In this document: one piece after another, positions 25,101-32,000 of the stretch
Position numbering within the stretch: the first letter of the stretch is position 1
How the letters are laid out: the number at the start of each line of letters is the position of its first letter
NCBI RefSeq assembly: GCF_000144695.1
Contig: NC_014378.1
Span: 2,293,289 to 2,325,288, forward strand
Reading direction: 5' to 3'
DNA length: 32,000 bases
From: Acetohalobium arabaticum DSM 5501
Lineage (GTDB): Bacteria > Bacillota > Halanaerobiia > Halobacteroidales > Acetohalobiaceae
Made by a program: the position numbers and the translations under genes
The notes under the pieces: generated by a model
The model's input: only the letters and a program-made list of their open reading frames with translations
Told to the model about the DNA's origin: nothing
Database searches by the model: none

Positions 25101-26499
25101 GGCCGCTGATTACTAGATTACTGTTTACCTGCCCTGTTAAAGTTGAATCAGCCTGGGATATAGTAGATAGCTGTCCTAAATCAATCCCTTCTGCTTCCAA
25201 AGAAGCCGTATATAAAACTCCTTCATCTTTAGGCCAATTAATCGTTCCGCGCCCAGTTAAGATACCAGCGGCTACTTCCGTCTTAAAATCATTAAAAGTA
25301 AGCAGCTCATTCTTATACCACAGATTAAATTCCAGATCAATAACTTGGTATCCGTTAATGCTGCCAACAGGTAGTTGTAGGCTAGTCTGAATAGTCGGAT
25401 CATCTAGTGAACCCCGCATCCGCCCCTTTGCTTTTGCCATCCCTGTTAACTTTAATTCTGACGGCAGCCACTCCTCAATACTACTTAAAGCCAGCTGTGA
25501 ACTTTTATACTCCAGATAAAATGTAGGCTTCTGCCAGCCGTGCATTAGACCTGATAGCTGCAGTCTTGACTCACCAATATCAGTTACCAAGCTATTAATA
25601 TTTATTACTCGATTATTTAACTTAAACTTACTATCTATAATCTGGATTTTTGAAGTTAAATCATTAGAATCGATTATCCCTTCCTTTAACCTTATCTCTC
25701 CCTTATAATCAAGCTCAGAGAAAGACTCAAACCCCAATCCTCCTTTAATCTCTAAGTTACCACTTGCTTTTCCAGCTGTAAGCTGAAAGCCCTTTTGGGT
25801 TAAGACTTCTTTCCATTCTTCAGATAAAACATTTAAATCTAAGTTATCCAGTTCTGTAGTTAGCTTAAATTGATTTTCATCAGTACTCCCATTAACAACT
25901 AGATTCTCCGTTTCAGTCTCAGGCAGAGTTAGATCTAACCTTCCTTTCAGATTATCTTTAGTTAGATTCAGACCGGCTTGATTAATTCTGATCTTACTAA
26001 TACCGTCTATTAGATTAGTAACTGCCATTCCATCCTCTATAGCTATCCGGCCGGAATAATGGTTTAAAATTGGAGCAGAACCAAATAAGTCCTGAAGATT
26101 ATCTGTACCATCATCTGCCTGATCATTCGAAGTCTGCTTATAGATAAGGCGGGGACTAACTAATTTAATCTCTTTAATACTACCTAATGAATCAGTCTTA
26201 CCCGCTACAATATCCAGCAAGTCATAGGATAATTCAACCTGCTCAACAGATAAAAATCCATCTTCTTTAAGTTCCAGACTAAAGTTATAGAGTTTTAATT
26301 CATTAACTCCGCTAATTTCAATTTTATCTAAGTTAACATTATACCCATATCTTGACTCTAATTCCATAACTAATCTATCCTTAATGCTTGTTAACACTCC
26401 ATCCCATTTTAGCGACATAGTCATAAACAAGGATGCTCCCAAGATAAGAATTACCACCCAAGGAATAATTCTTCTATATTTTCGGGCTACCGGCATCAT
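22105..26499 (-). CDS. tamB: TamB/AsmA-like giant inner-membrane-anchored periplasm-spanning protein (DUF490-type C-terminus)
   Basis: 1464 aa with an N-terminal TM anchor (IIPWVVILILGASLFMTM) and >1200 aa of repetitive beta-rich sequence. The C-terminal region has NPSLSRQEIITLLAQQGG, as in DUF490. Stops 14 nt before bamA. Confidence 0.8.
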   Translation of the reverse strand: MMPVARKYRRIIPWVVILILGASLFMTMSLKWDGVLTSIKDRLVMELESRYGYNVNLDKIEISGVNELKLYNFSLELKEDGFLSVEQVELSYDLLDIVAGKTDSLGSIKEIKLVSPRLIYKQTSNDQADDGTDNLQDLFGSAPILNHYSGRIAIEDGMAVTNLIDGISKIRINQAGLNLTKDNLKGRLDLTLPETETENLVVNGSTDENQFKLTTELDNLDLNVLSEEWKEVLTQKGFQLTAGKASGNLEIKGGLGFESFSELDYKGEIRLKEGIIDSNDLTSKIQIIDSKFKLNNRVININSLVTDIGESRLQLSGLMHGWQKPTFYLEYKSSQLALSSIEEWLPSELKLTGMAKAKGRMRGSLDDPTIQTSLQLPVGSINGYQVIDLEFNLWYKNELLTFNDFKTEVAAGILTGRGTINWPKDEGVLYTASLEAEGIDLGQLSTISQADSTLTGQVNSNLVISGQNSLTDLSLFGSAQVTDGTLMQYEFDTLDSSFWFSNNQLLISDLNLKSDGSKWQAQGLIDDQRNLNLSITADDVKLSQLDGVHNYRDLAGTASLQGQVKGKLTDPEFSGEVQIKDASYAQRSVDEIIGVISYRQKRIGLNDVLINDQKRKYQLAGEIELAKEPKLDLELKTKAGKVASLYKLISDQPIYDIHGRFSGSLRIIGPINELRMAGRINLLKGQIHGIGLTSGSSSFSWENDTLKLESIQLFGVESQLIGSGRIEKNGGLALDLEAENIDLAKLELDNYDIIDSSTIQGSLDFTGEVRGDISRPVLAGEVKLNKLAVNRYNFQRVVGSVEYTGDKLDLRNLTAVQGATEYQAEGKLNLNKEKFSNLALELTNGQLNEVIELLPLKEVEHDIPHSFFGTMTINGEFEAPEVKGRLIAKDIDRNGYLLVDGSYDFGSGADLNVETQDFALAPFNQLVPALEAIGGDLNLTAELEGELEKLDIESTVEIIDGRVGTLKYDNLKGGLALTKGKLVKLTEPLKLRVNDDNLFRITGYLPLKNREASLYLNINLDNGNLNLLPLLVEGVKTAEGTGNFDLTVSGSRAEPDFAGEVEIDSGRLDIAGLAESISNLEGRAEIKDQRLKLKYLTGRQGQGQFKAQGSMGVTGWQPGQIDLDFSGERIVIDHGSWQGENDLDITVKGDITEPLISGSILVYDTKISLPFEWPTGKKDSDSAIKPNFDLNLEPGDNVRVQNDNIDILVESGSLQLVTIEDSIQLEGSVSSKIGSFNYYNTDFELESGSAIFDRYEGHIPYLNLTATTEVDNIQQSIEDKKQEEEDGEAIQNGSQEDAVNQVDAKEVLVTLKLSGLADQMEINLESNPSLSRQEIITLLAQQGGLQGFLTKDYDKMIRAEFFRMLESRIDVKILSNIEETVEDKWNLDRFRIYTGFNSGLKIKMGKSITDDLMLKYNQDFDEDKEHSLGFEYQIMDSMKDIILNGSLNNDEEYKLELETNFSFN

Positions 26500-26539
26500 G
26501 CTATTATAGCCTCCAGCTGCAGATTCTCAAACTACTCTT

Positions 26540-26568
26540 ATAATATTACATTTTTTTAAGAGATTCAA
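26540..26568 (-). promoter_or_regulatory. Candidate sigma70 promoter for the tamB-bamA-skp-lpxD operon (TTGAAT-17 nt-TATTAT)
   Basis: On the minus strand, -35 TTGAAT is at 26568-26563, the spacer is 17 nt, and -10 TATTAT is at 26545-26540. It is ~40 nt upstream of the tamB ATG, which has a GGAGG Shine-Dalgarno sequence, and downstream of the terminator. Confidence 0.45.
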
Positions 26569-26657
26569 TAGCTAACCTTAGTTATTTACTTATAATTATG
26601 GCAATTATTTGATTCCAAAGAACAAAGCCAAGCTGCATCTTCTGCCTGTTATTCATT

Positions 26658-26694
26658 AAAAAAAGCAGTCTATTCTATCAATAGAATAGACTGC
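26658..26694 (-). terminator. Rho-independent terminator ending the flagellar-ring/S55 peptidase operon
   Basis: The minus strand reads GCAGTCTATTCTA-TTGA-TAGAATAGACTGC (13-bp perfect stem) followed by TTTTTTT. It begins 20 nt after the S55 gene stop. Confidence 0.85.
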
Positions 26695-26713
26695 TGCTTT
26701 ATGATAAACCTAA

Positions 26714-28585
26714 TTATTCCTTGGTATCATCGTTATTCTCTTTGGAGTTTGATTCTACCTCTATTTCAGTATTCACTCTGCCTTCCAGAATATAATCAGT
26801 CTTAAATGTCTCCTCTGCTAACATGCCCATAGCTTCAAGGTCAGCTCCTTCAGAACCAGTCTCATTTTTGTTCTCAGCTCTATTTTCATCATTGTTCTGA
26901 TTAACCGGTACTGCTTTATGATTATTATAACTGGGATAAATTCTAACTACTAAATCGCTGTTAATCTTCTGTTCTTTAAAAGCAGTTATTACTTCTTCTA
27001 AGTTTCTGAAGGTTTCATTCTTGCCATAACCATACTTCTTCTCCTCTGGTTTAGCCTCCTGCTGTTGTTCAGCAGTAAAGTTTGCTTCTAAGCCGCCGAC
27101 TAATTCCATACTGGCTATACCTGATTCTATATCTTCAGGCAGAGTAAAACTATAATTTTTAACCAGTACTTCTTCACGATAAGGCTGGAATGTAACTTCT
27201 AACTCTACTTCTTTGCCTGGTTCAAGTTTATCAGTTAATACATTAAGTTCTCTAATTAAAGCAACCTGAGGCTTTTCTTTGATATCTACATCTAAATTTA
27301 TATCGATCAGATTTATCTTCTGGAATGGATTCTGGGTAATCAACATTAATGCTTGAGAAAAGTCCCTTAATGCTACTGAAGCTACATCTCTGCGGCTATA
27401 GAAAATATTCTTCCGCTCGATAATCTTTTCTTCTAAATTATTAGCCATAATTTCCATTTCTACTTCAGCAGTACCGCCGCCGCGACGGTCAATAGTACTA
27501 TTAATTGCCTGATAAATAACTGAACTGGCCAGTGATTGGAAGAGTTCCTCATTCCTAATTATTTGAGCATTGATCTTCTGCTCTTTATTTAAATCTCTAT
27601 CTGTAACGTCTACCTCTAGAGGTACAACTTTAGGTGATTGGCCTATTCTGCCTCCTACCCCTGCTGACCGATCCTGAGTTATAATTCCTTTTGAATTTAG
27701 TGGGCTACCCAGCTTAAAAGGCATCTTCATACTCTTAATCATATGATGAATATAGGCCGAAGAAAGGAAGTAATTACTATCACCTAAGCCCATAAACTGG
27801 TGTCCAAAACCTAAAACTCTATCTCCTTCTCTATAAGTTAAAGTTCCAACTGCTGAAATATCAACATCTCCTCTAGCCAACTGTACTGCAATTGCGCTTC
27901 CCGGAACTAATTTATCCTCTTTTCCTTTCGACATGTCTGCTGCAGCTGTACTCTGCACCGGCTTTAAATCATAAGCAGATAACTCTTCACTCAAGTAATC
28001 TACAGCCTCTTTATCCAAACCGCTAACCAGCAGCGGAGTCTTTACTGGATAAGCAGTTAAAGAATTATCTTGTTTGACACTGGACTTATCTTCTACAAAA
28101 GATACCTGCTCCACTGATTTCCCGTTTATTTTTATCGGCTCTGATAAACCAGCAGTCGTGCCTTCTTCAATCTCATCCAACTGCCACAGATCAAGCATAT
28201 CCTCAATCGGTGTTACCATACCTACCTTATGCTCAGTCAACTGCCAACCGTAACCAATTGCTCCAATCAACTTTCCATCAATATAAATTGGACTGCCACT
28301 CATACCAGCTGCAATTCCGCCTGTTTTATCAATTACATCTCCACTAACCTCAATCAAAATTAAATCGCGATTAACTCCCTGCTTTTTCAAAACTCCCAAA
28401 ACTTCTACGTTAAATTCTTCTACTTCTGTACCCGAAATTACCGTCTTGCCAACTCCGGACATTCCTGTTTCAATCTTATTTACCGGCAGAATCTCCCGTG
28501 GCCCAGAATCATCCACAGCCATTACCGGTGTAAATAATAAAACACAGAATGCTATCACTAACATCAGACTACCGTACTTGCGCAC
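26714..28585 (-). CDS. Secreted serine peptidase with an S55 (SpoIVB-like) catalytic domain and a long uncharacterised C-terminal region
   Basis: 623 aa with GTG start and a signal peptide. The GIAAGMSGSPIYIDGKLIGAIGYG motif matches the SpoIVB/S55 serine motif (GxSGSP). About 450 further aa lack motifs I recognise, ending in an acidic, Asn-rich tail. Confidence 0.6.
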   Translation of the reverse strand: MRKYGSLMLVIAFCVLLFTPVMAVDDSGPREILPVNKIETGMSGVGKTVISGTEVEEFNVEVLGVLKKQGVNRDLILIEVSGDVIDKTGGIAAGMSGSPIYIDGKLIGAIGYGWQLTEHKVGMVTPIEDMLDLWQLDEIEEGTTAGLSEPIKINGKSVEQVSFVEDKSSVKQDNSLTAYPVKTPLLVSGLDKEAVDYLSEELSAYDLKPVQSTAAADMSKGKEDKLVPGSAIAVQLARGDVDISAVGTLTYREGDRVLGFGHQFMGLGDSNYFLSSAYIHHMIKSMKMPFKLGSPLNSKGIITQDRSAGVGGRIGQSPKVVPLEVDVTDRDLNKEQKINAQIIRNEELFQSLASSVIYQAINSTIDRRGGGTAEVEMEIMANNLEEKIIERKNIFYSRRDVASVALRDFSQALMLITQNPFQKINLIDINLDVDIKEKPQVALIRELNVLTDKLEPGKEVELEVTFQPYREEVLVKNYSFTLPEDIESGIASMELVGGLEANFTAEQQQEAKPEEKKYGYGKNETFRNLEEVITAFKEQKINSDLVVRIYPSYNNHKAVPVNQNNDENRAENKNETGSEGADLEAMGMLAEETFKTDYILEGRVNTEIEVESNSKENNDDTKE

Positions 28586-28640
28586 TTAAATCCCTTCCCT
28601 TCTGTTTAACTACAGAAGCCCTTAACCTAAACATAAATCC

Positions 28641-29003
28641 TTACTCTGTCTTTTGGCTTAACTGTTGATAAAGTTTATCTGTTAAATGTAACTGTTTAGA
28701 ATCAGCAATTTCTTCAGCATACTTACGATCCAGCATATCTTTAAATATATCTTCTTTTAACCCGCCGTCTAAATAACCTGATTCAGGTATAGTCTTCCGC
28801 ATTTCCTTTAACATTAAACCAACAAAGACACTGGAAAACTTCTGGGTTGCCTTCTTTAATTCCTTATTCTCCTGCTCATCTTTTGAGCTCTGCTGCTGTA
28901 GCTTACTTAATTTTTCTTTGAACTCACTCTGCTTACGCTGATTCTGCTTAAGCCTAGATCTTTCAGTCAACATCTCCATTCTTTGAGTACTGTTAATCTT
29001 CAT
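28641..29003 (-). CDS. Flagellar rod-binding protein (FlgJ N-terminal-domain-like, no muramidase domain)
   Basis: 120 aa with FSSVFVGLMLKEMRKT…FKDMLDRKYAEEIA, the rod-binding motif pattern. Located directly after flgI. The N-terminal 50 aa are K/Q/E-rich. Confidence 0.65.
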   Translation of the reverse strand: MKINSTQRMEMLTERSRLKQNQRKQSEFKEKLSKLQQQSSKDEQENKELKKATQKFSSVFVGLMLKEMRKTIPESGYLDGGLKEDIFKDMLDRKYAEEIADSKQLHLTDKLYQQLSQKTE

Positions 29004-29019
29004 TTAAATCACCTGCTTA

Positions 29020-30195
29020 TTACATAGTTTCCAACTTAGCATGTAGAGCACCCTGTGCTTTAATTGCTTGTAGAATAGCTATTGTATCTCGTGGTGTAGC
29101 ACCTACTCCATTTAAAGCCTTAACAACATCTGAAATACTTGAGCCTTTAGGCAGTACTATCAATCTATTCTCCTCTTCTTCAGCCTCAATTTCAGTCTCC
29201 TCTGTTGTTTCCGTCTCTCCTTCTGAAAATGGAGGCGGTTGGGAGACCTCTTCTTCAGAAGAGATAGTAACTGTTAAGTTACCATGGGCTACCGAAACAG
29301 TAGAAATTCGGACGTTATGGCCCATTACTATGGTTCCTGTCCGTTCATTAACTACTACTTTAGCCTTCTTATCCGGCCTAACCGATAATCTATTCACCTG
29401 GGCTACAAAGCTTACTAACCTATCTTCCATTCGATCAGGAACTGATACTTTAATTCGACCAGGATCTACAGCCTGAGCAGCATTATTGCCCTCGCTATCA
29501 TAGCCATACCGCTGATTGATTACATCCGCAATTCGCTGGGCAGTAGCAAAATCAGGCTCATCCAGTAAAAATGTAACCTGCTGCTGATCAGAAAAGTCAG
29601 TCTCAACACCTTCTTCTATCGTAGCACCATCTGGAACTTGGCCTACTGTAGCATGGTTCTTTCGGACTGAACTTCCTCCCTGTTCGGTATTAAAACCGCC
29701 AATAGAAACAGGTCCCTGGGCTAAAGCATAAACCTGCTGTTGATTAGGACCTAATAGCGGCGTCATCAATAGAGTTCCTCCCTGTAGGCTATCGGCATCT
29801 CCAATAGAGGCAACATTTATATCAATTCTATCTCCTACTCTGCCAAAAGGAGGTAACTCAGCTGTAACCATCACTGCTGCTATATTCTCAGATTCAACCT
29901 GGCTGGGATTAACATTAACCCCAAAATTCTGCAGCATATTGGCTATTGATCGCACAGTAGCTGCTGAACCTCCGCCATCACCGGTTCCATTTAATCCAAC
30001 TACTAACCCATAACCGGATAGTTGATTACTTCTCACGCCCTGTACTCTAGTAATATCCTTTATCCGCACCATAGGGTCCTGAAATGTATTATCTTCCTGG
30101 GCCAACAGCGGCAGACTCAATATCAAACTGAAGCTTAAAGTTATAGCCAGAATAATAAAGGTTCGCTTTATATACATACTATGCCACCTCATCAA
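29020..30195 (-). CDS. flgI: Flagellar P-ring protein
   Basis: VRIKDITRVQGVRSNQLSGYGLVVGLNGTGD and C-terminal ATPRDTIAILQAIKAQGALHAKLE are FlgI hallmarks. The track start (30195) is a TTG. The internal ATG at 30177 (MYIKRTF…) is preceded by GAGGTGG at good spacing and is the more likely start. Confidence 0.9.
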   Translation of the reverse strand: MMRWHSMYIKRTFIILAITLSFSLILSLPLLAQEDNTFQDPMVRIKDITRVQGVRSNQLSGYGLVVGLNGTGDGGGSAATVRSIANMLQNFGVNVNPSQVESENIAAVMVTAELPPFGRVGDRIDINVASIGDADSLQGGTLLMTPLLGPNQQQVYALAQGPVSIGGFNTEQGGSSVRKNHATVGQVPDGATIEEGVETDFSDQQQVTFLLDEPDFATAQRIADVINQRYGYDSEGNNAAQAVDPGRIKVSVPDRMEDRLVSFVAQVNRLSVRPDKKAKVVVNERTGTIVMGHNVRISTVSVAHGNLTVTISSEEEVSQPPPFSEGETETTEETEIEAEEEENRLIVLPKGSSISDVVKALNGVGATPRDTIAILQAIKAQGALHAKLETM

Positions 30196-30210
30196 AAATA
30201 AGTAATTAAT

Positions 30211-30798
30211 CTAGAAAAAGACATTCAATACTTTAGTTAATAAGCCCGGCTCCTGTCTATCTCCGATGGCTCCCTCTCCTACATATTTAATCTTACTATT
30301 GGCTATCTTAGTTGAATTAACAGTATTACTGATAGTAATATCTTCCGGTCTGACAATTCCTTCTACTTCAATCTTCTGCATTTCAGCATTAACAGTAATC
30401 TCTTTGGTACCTTCAATCTTTAAATTACCGTTGGGTAAAACTTCTGTAACCTGAACAGTCATCTGAGCAGTTAGACTACCGCTTTGACTAGTACTGCCGT
30501 CAGCTGAAGAGCTATCCTCCTGATTTAATCGGAATAATTTAACAAAATCCAATTCACCAGCACCAGGTCCTACATTTACTTCATTACTCTGTCCTGTTTC
30601 AGTACTAGCCTGTTGGTCAGCTGTTGAACTCTCACTAATCATAACTGTCAATATATCTCCAGCTTCTGCAGCCTTATGTTCTCCATAGGGAGAGTTACTA
30701 TCTTCATATAATGAAGCTGCTAATAAAGGGTTAGCAGCTAAAGATAAAATAGATATTAATCCGATCACCAAAAAAAATCTAACAACAGTATGCTTCAT
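30211..30798 (-). CDS. flgH: Flagellar L-ring protein, with no lipobox cysteine
   Basis: 195 aa with AGDILTVMISES…, TVQVTEVLPNGNLKIEG and IGDRQEPGLLTKVLNVFF matching FlgH. The signal peptide ends LLAASLYED with no Cys. Confidence 0.85.
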   Translation of the reverse strand: MKHTVVRFFLVIGLISILSLAANPLLAASLYEDSNSPYGEHKAAEAGDILTVMISESSTADQQASTETGQSNEVNVGPGAGELDFVKLFRLNQEDSSSADGSTSQSGSLTAQMTVQVTEVLPNGNLKIEGTKEITVNAEMQKIEVEGIVRPEDITISNTVNSTKIANSKIKYVGEGAIGDRQEPGLLTKVLNVFF

Positions 30799-30827
30799 AA
30801 ATTAACACCTCAAAGATTTATAAATTT

Positions 30828-31814
30828 TTACAGAATTACCTTTACAGTCTTCTTGCCGATTACTTTAGCCATTATCTCCCGGTTGCTCTTTATATTTCTA
30901 ACCTTAATATGCTCTCCTTCGGTTCCTGACTCTAAAGCAACTCCTGCTGTACTGACTCTAACTCTACCCACTACAGCTATAATCTTTACTCTATCCCGCC
31001 GCTTAACTAGCGGAGGAATTTCAATTAAATTTCTTGTTAAAATCTGTCCAGTATTGATACTTCGTTCCAATCGATAATTCTGAATAGAGTCCACATCCGT
31101 AAAAGGCTGACTATGTAGCTTTACCAGTGGCCTCTTCTCCCACTTAAACTGGTTCTCTGCTAAACTCTGGCGGCGTTTAATTGATTCTTGAGCAACTAAC
31201 ACCCTCTGGTAAGCAGTCACCTGGGCCTGAATATACTTCTTTTTAGCTAATTTACCGTCAACATAGATATTAACCGGAACTGCTGTCCGGCCTAATATTC
31301 TTTTGGTATTGAGATTACCGATCTGTAATTCAACTCCACCAACAGGAAGCCGCACTTCTCTATCCAGATTTTGGAGCTCAATCTCAATATCTTCGGCTTC
31401 AGCAGATAAATTCTGTTGAATATAATTTCGAACCTTCTCTGTTAACCGATCTGTATCCAGTACTTGATGGGGAGTAGTTACTCTAATCTGTTTAGGAATC
31501 TGATAAGTAATTCTGCTTAAATTAAATCCGGCTCTTTCCAGCGCAGAAAGAATATAATCCCGCTTTAACACGCGGGTATAGCCAGGTAAAGGAGACTGGC
31601 CTAAATTGATAGTCTCCATCTTTTGTTTGAATTTTTTCGGTGCTTCAATCTCCGCTATTTCTCCTAACTGTAGTTTTTGGCCTGCTGCTTTTACTTCATG
31701 ATCAATTTTAAATCCAATTTTACTTTGAGCAGCAGCTGCACAACTAGTCATTAATAAAAGAATTAATAATAACAGAACCAGCCTTAATTGTGACAGCTGT
31801 CTCCAATTAACCAT
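30828..31814 (-). CDS. flgA: Flagellar P-ring assembly chaperone FlgA (long form)
   Basis: 328 aa with a signal sequence. The C-terminal SAF-like region is RRDRVKIIAVVGRVRVSTAGVALESGTEGEHIKVRNIKSNREIMAKVIGKKTVKV. Sits between flgG and flgH. Confidence 0.75.
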   Translation of the reverse strand: MVNWRQLSQLRLVLLLLILLLMTSCAAAAQSKIGFKIDHEVKAAGQKLQLGEIAEIEAPKKFKQKMETINLGQSPLPGYTRVLKRDYILSALERAGFNLSRITYQIPKQIRVTTPHQVLDTDRLTEKVRNYIQQNLSAEAEDIEIELQNLDREVRLPVGGVELQIGNLNTKRILGRTAVPVNIYVDGKLAKKKYIQAQVTAYQRVLVAQESIKRRQSLAENQFKWEKRPLVKLHSQPFTDVDSIQNYRLERSINTGQILTRNLIEIPPLVKRRDRVKIIAVVGRVRVSTAGVALESGTEGEHIKVRNIKSNREIMAKVIGKKTVKVIL

Positions 31815-31830
31815 TCTATATCAACTCACT

Positions 31831-32000
31831 CTATCTTTTTAGATTATTAGCCTGCTGTAGCATCTGGTCTGAAGCTTTAATAGCTTTAGAATTCACTTCA
31901 TAAGCCCGCTGCGCAGCAATCATATTCGTCATCTCCTCAACAACTTTAACATTTCCCTTCTCTAAATAGCCCTGTGAGATAGTTCCAAAACCGTCTTCTG
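31831..32000 (-). CDS. flgG: Flagellar distal rod protein FlgG, C-terminal 56 codons (gene starts beyond the window end)
   Basis: Absent from the ORF track. My minus-strand translation is …[55 protein letters not shown], the conserved flagellar rod C-terminus. The stop is at 31833-31831. Confidence 0.85.
   Translation of the reverse strand, partial: EDGFGTISQGYLEKGNVKVVEEMTNMIAAQRAYEVNSKAIKASDQMLQQANNLKR

Noticed and set aside
28599-28618. Hairpin CTTCTGT-TTAACT-ACAGAAG between the FlgJ-like gene and the S55 peptidase gene, considered as a terminator.
   Set aside because: It is only a 7-bp stem with no following T-run on the minus strand, and it overlaps the S55 ribosome-binding region. Read-through or coupling is more likely than termination.

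Overview
All genes in this 32 kb window are on the minus strand, and nearly all of them are outer-membrane (OM) and LPS biogenesis genes. Calls rest on motif recognition in the supplied translations and my own reading of the intergenic DNA; no database search was run.

Gene order in the direction of transcription (high to low coordinates):
- Flagellar block: flgG (3' end), flgA, flgH, flgI, a rod-binding FlgJ-like gene, then a secreted S55 (SpoIVB-like) peptidase, closed by a terminator.
- After a promoter: tamB, bamA, three tandem Skp/OmpH paralogues, lpxD and a small beta-barrel OMP, closed by a terminator.
- After a repeat element and a promoter: an orphan ABC pair, then lpxC, fabZ, lpxA, lpxI, lpxB, msbA, a DUF374 gene, lpxK, kdsB, kdsA and kdsD.
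- After a second repeat element: kdsC, an lpxL-family acyltransferase, lptC and lptA (5' end).

The layout combines lpxI instead of lpxH, tamB next to bamA, several skp copies, flagellar P/L-ring genes adjoining the lpx genes, and an S55 peptidase. This resembles the OM cluster described for diderm Firmicutes (Halanaerobiales/Negativicutes). I cannot prove the taxon from the sequence.

Features not explained by the standard pathway:
1. A two-gene ABC module whose 813-aa membrane subunit carries a ~635-aa extracytoplasmic, largely coiled-coil domain. It is inserted with its own promoter into the lipid A operon.
2. A 381-aa lipoprotein Skp whose helical insert is about 4-fold longer than in its two neighbouring paralogues.
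3. A 122-nt intergenic element present twice (2440-2561 and 16245-16366). It has terminal inverted repeats and an internal hairpin preserved by four double compensatory substitutions, and is surrounded by TAGTCAA/TTGACTA half-sites.
4. A small OMP translationally coupled to lpxD.
5. The S55 peptidase as the last gene of the flagellar ring operon.

No CRISPR array, rRNA, tRNA, transposase or integrase was seen.
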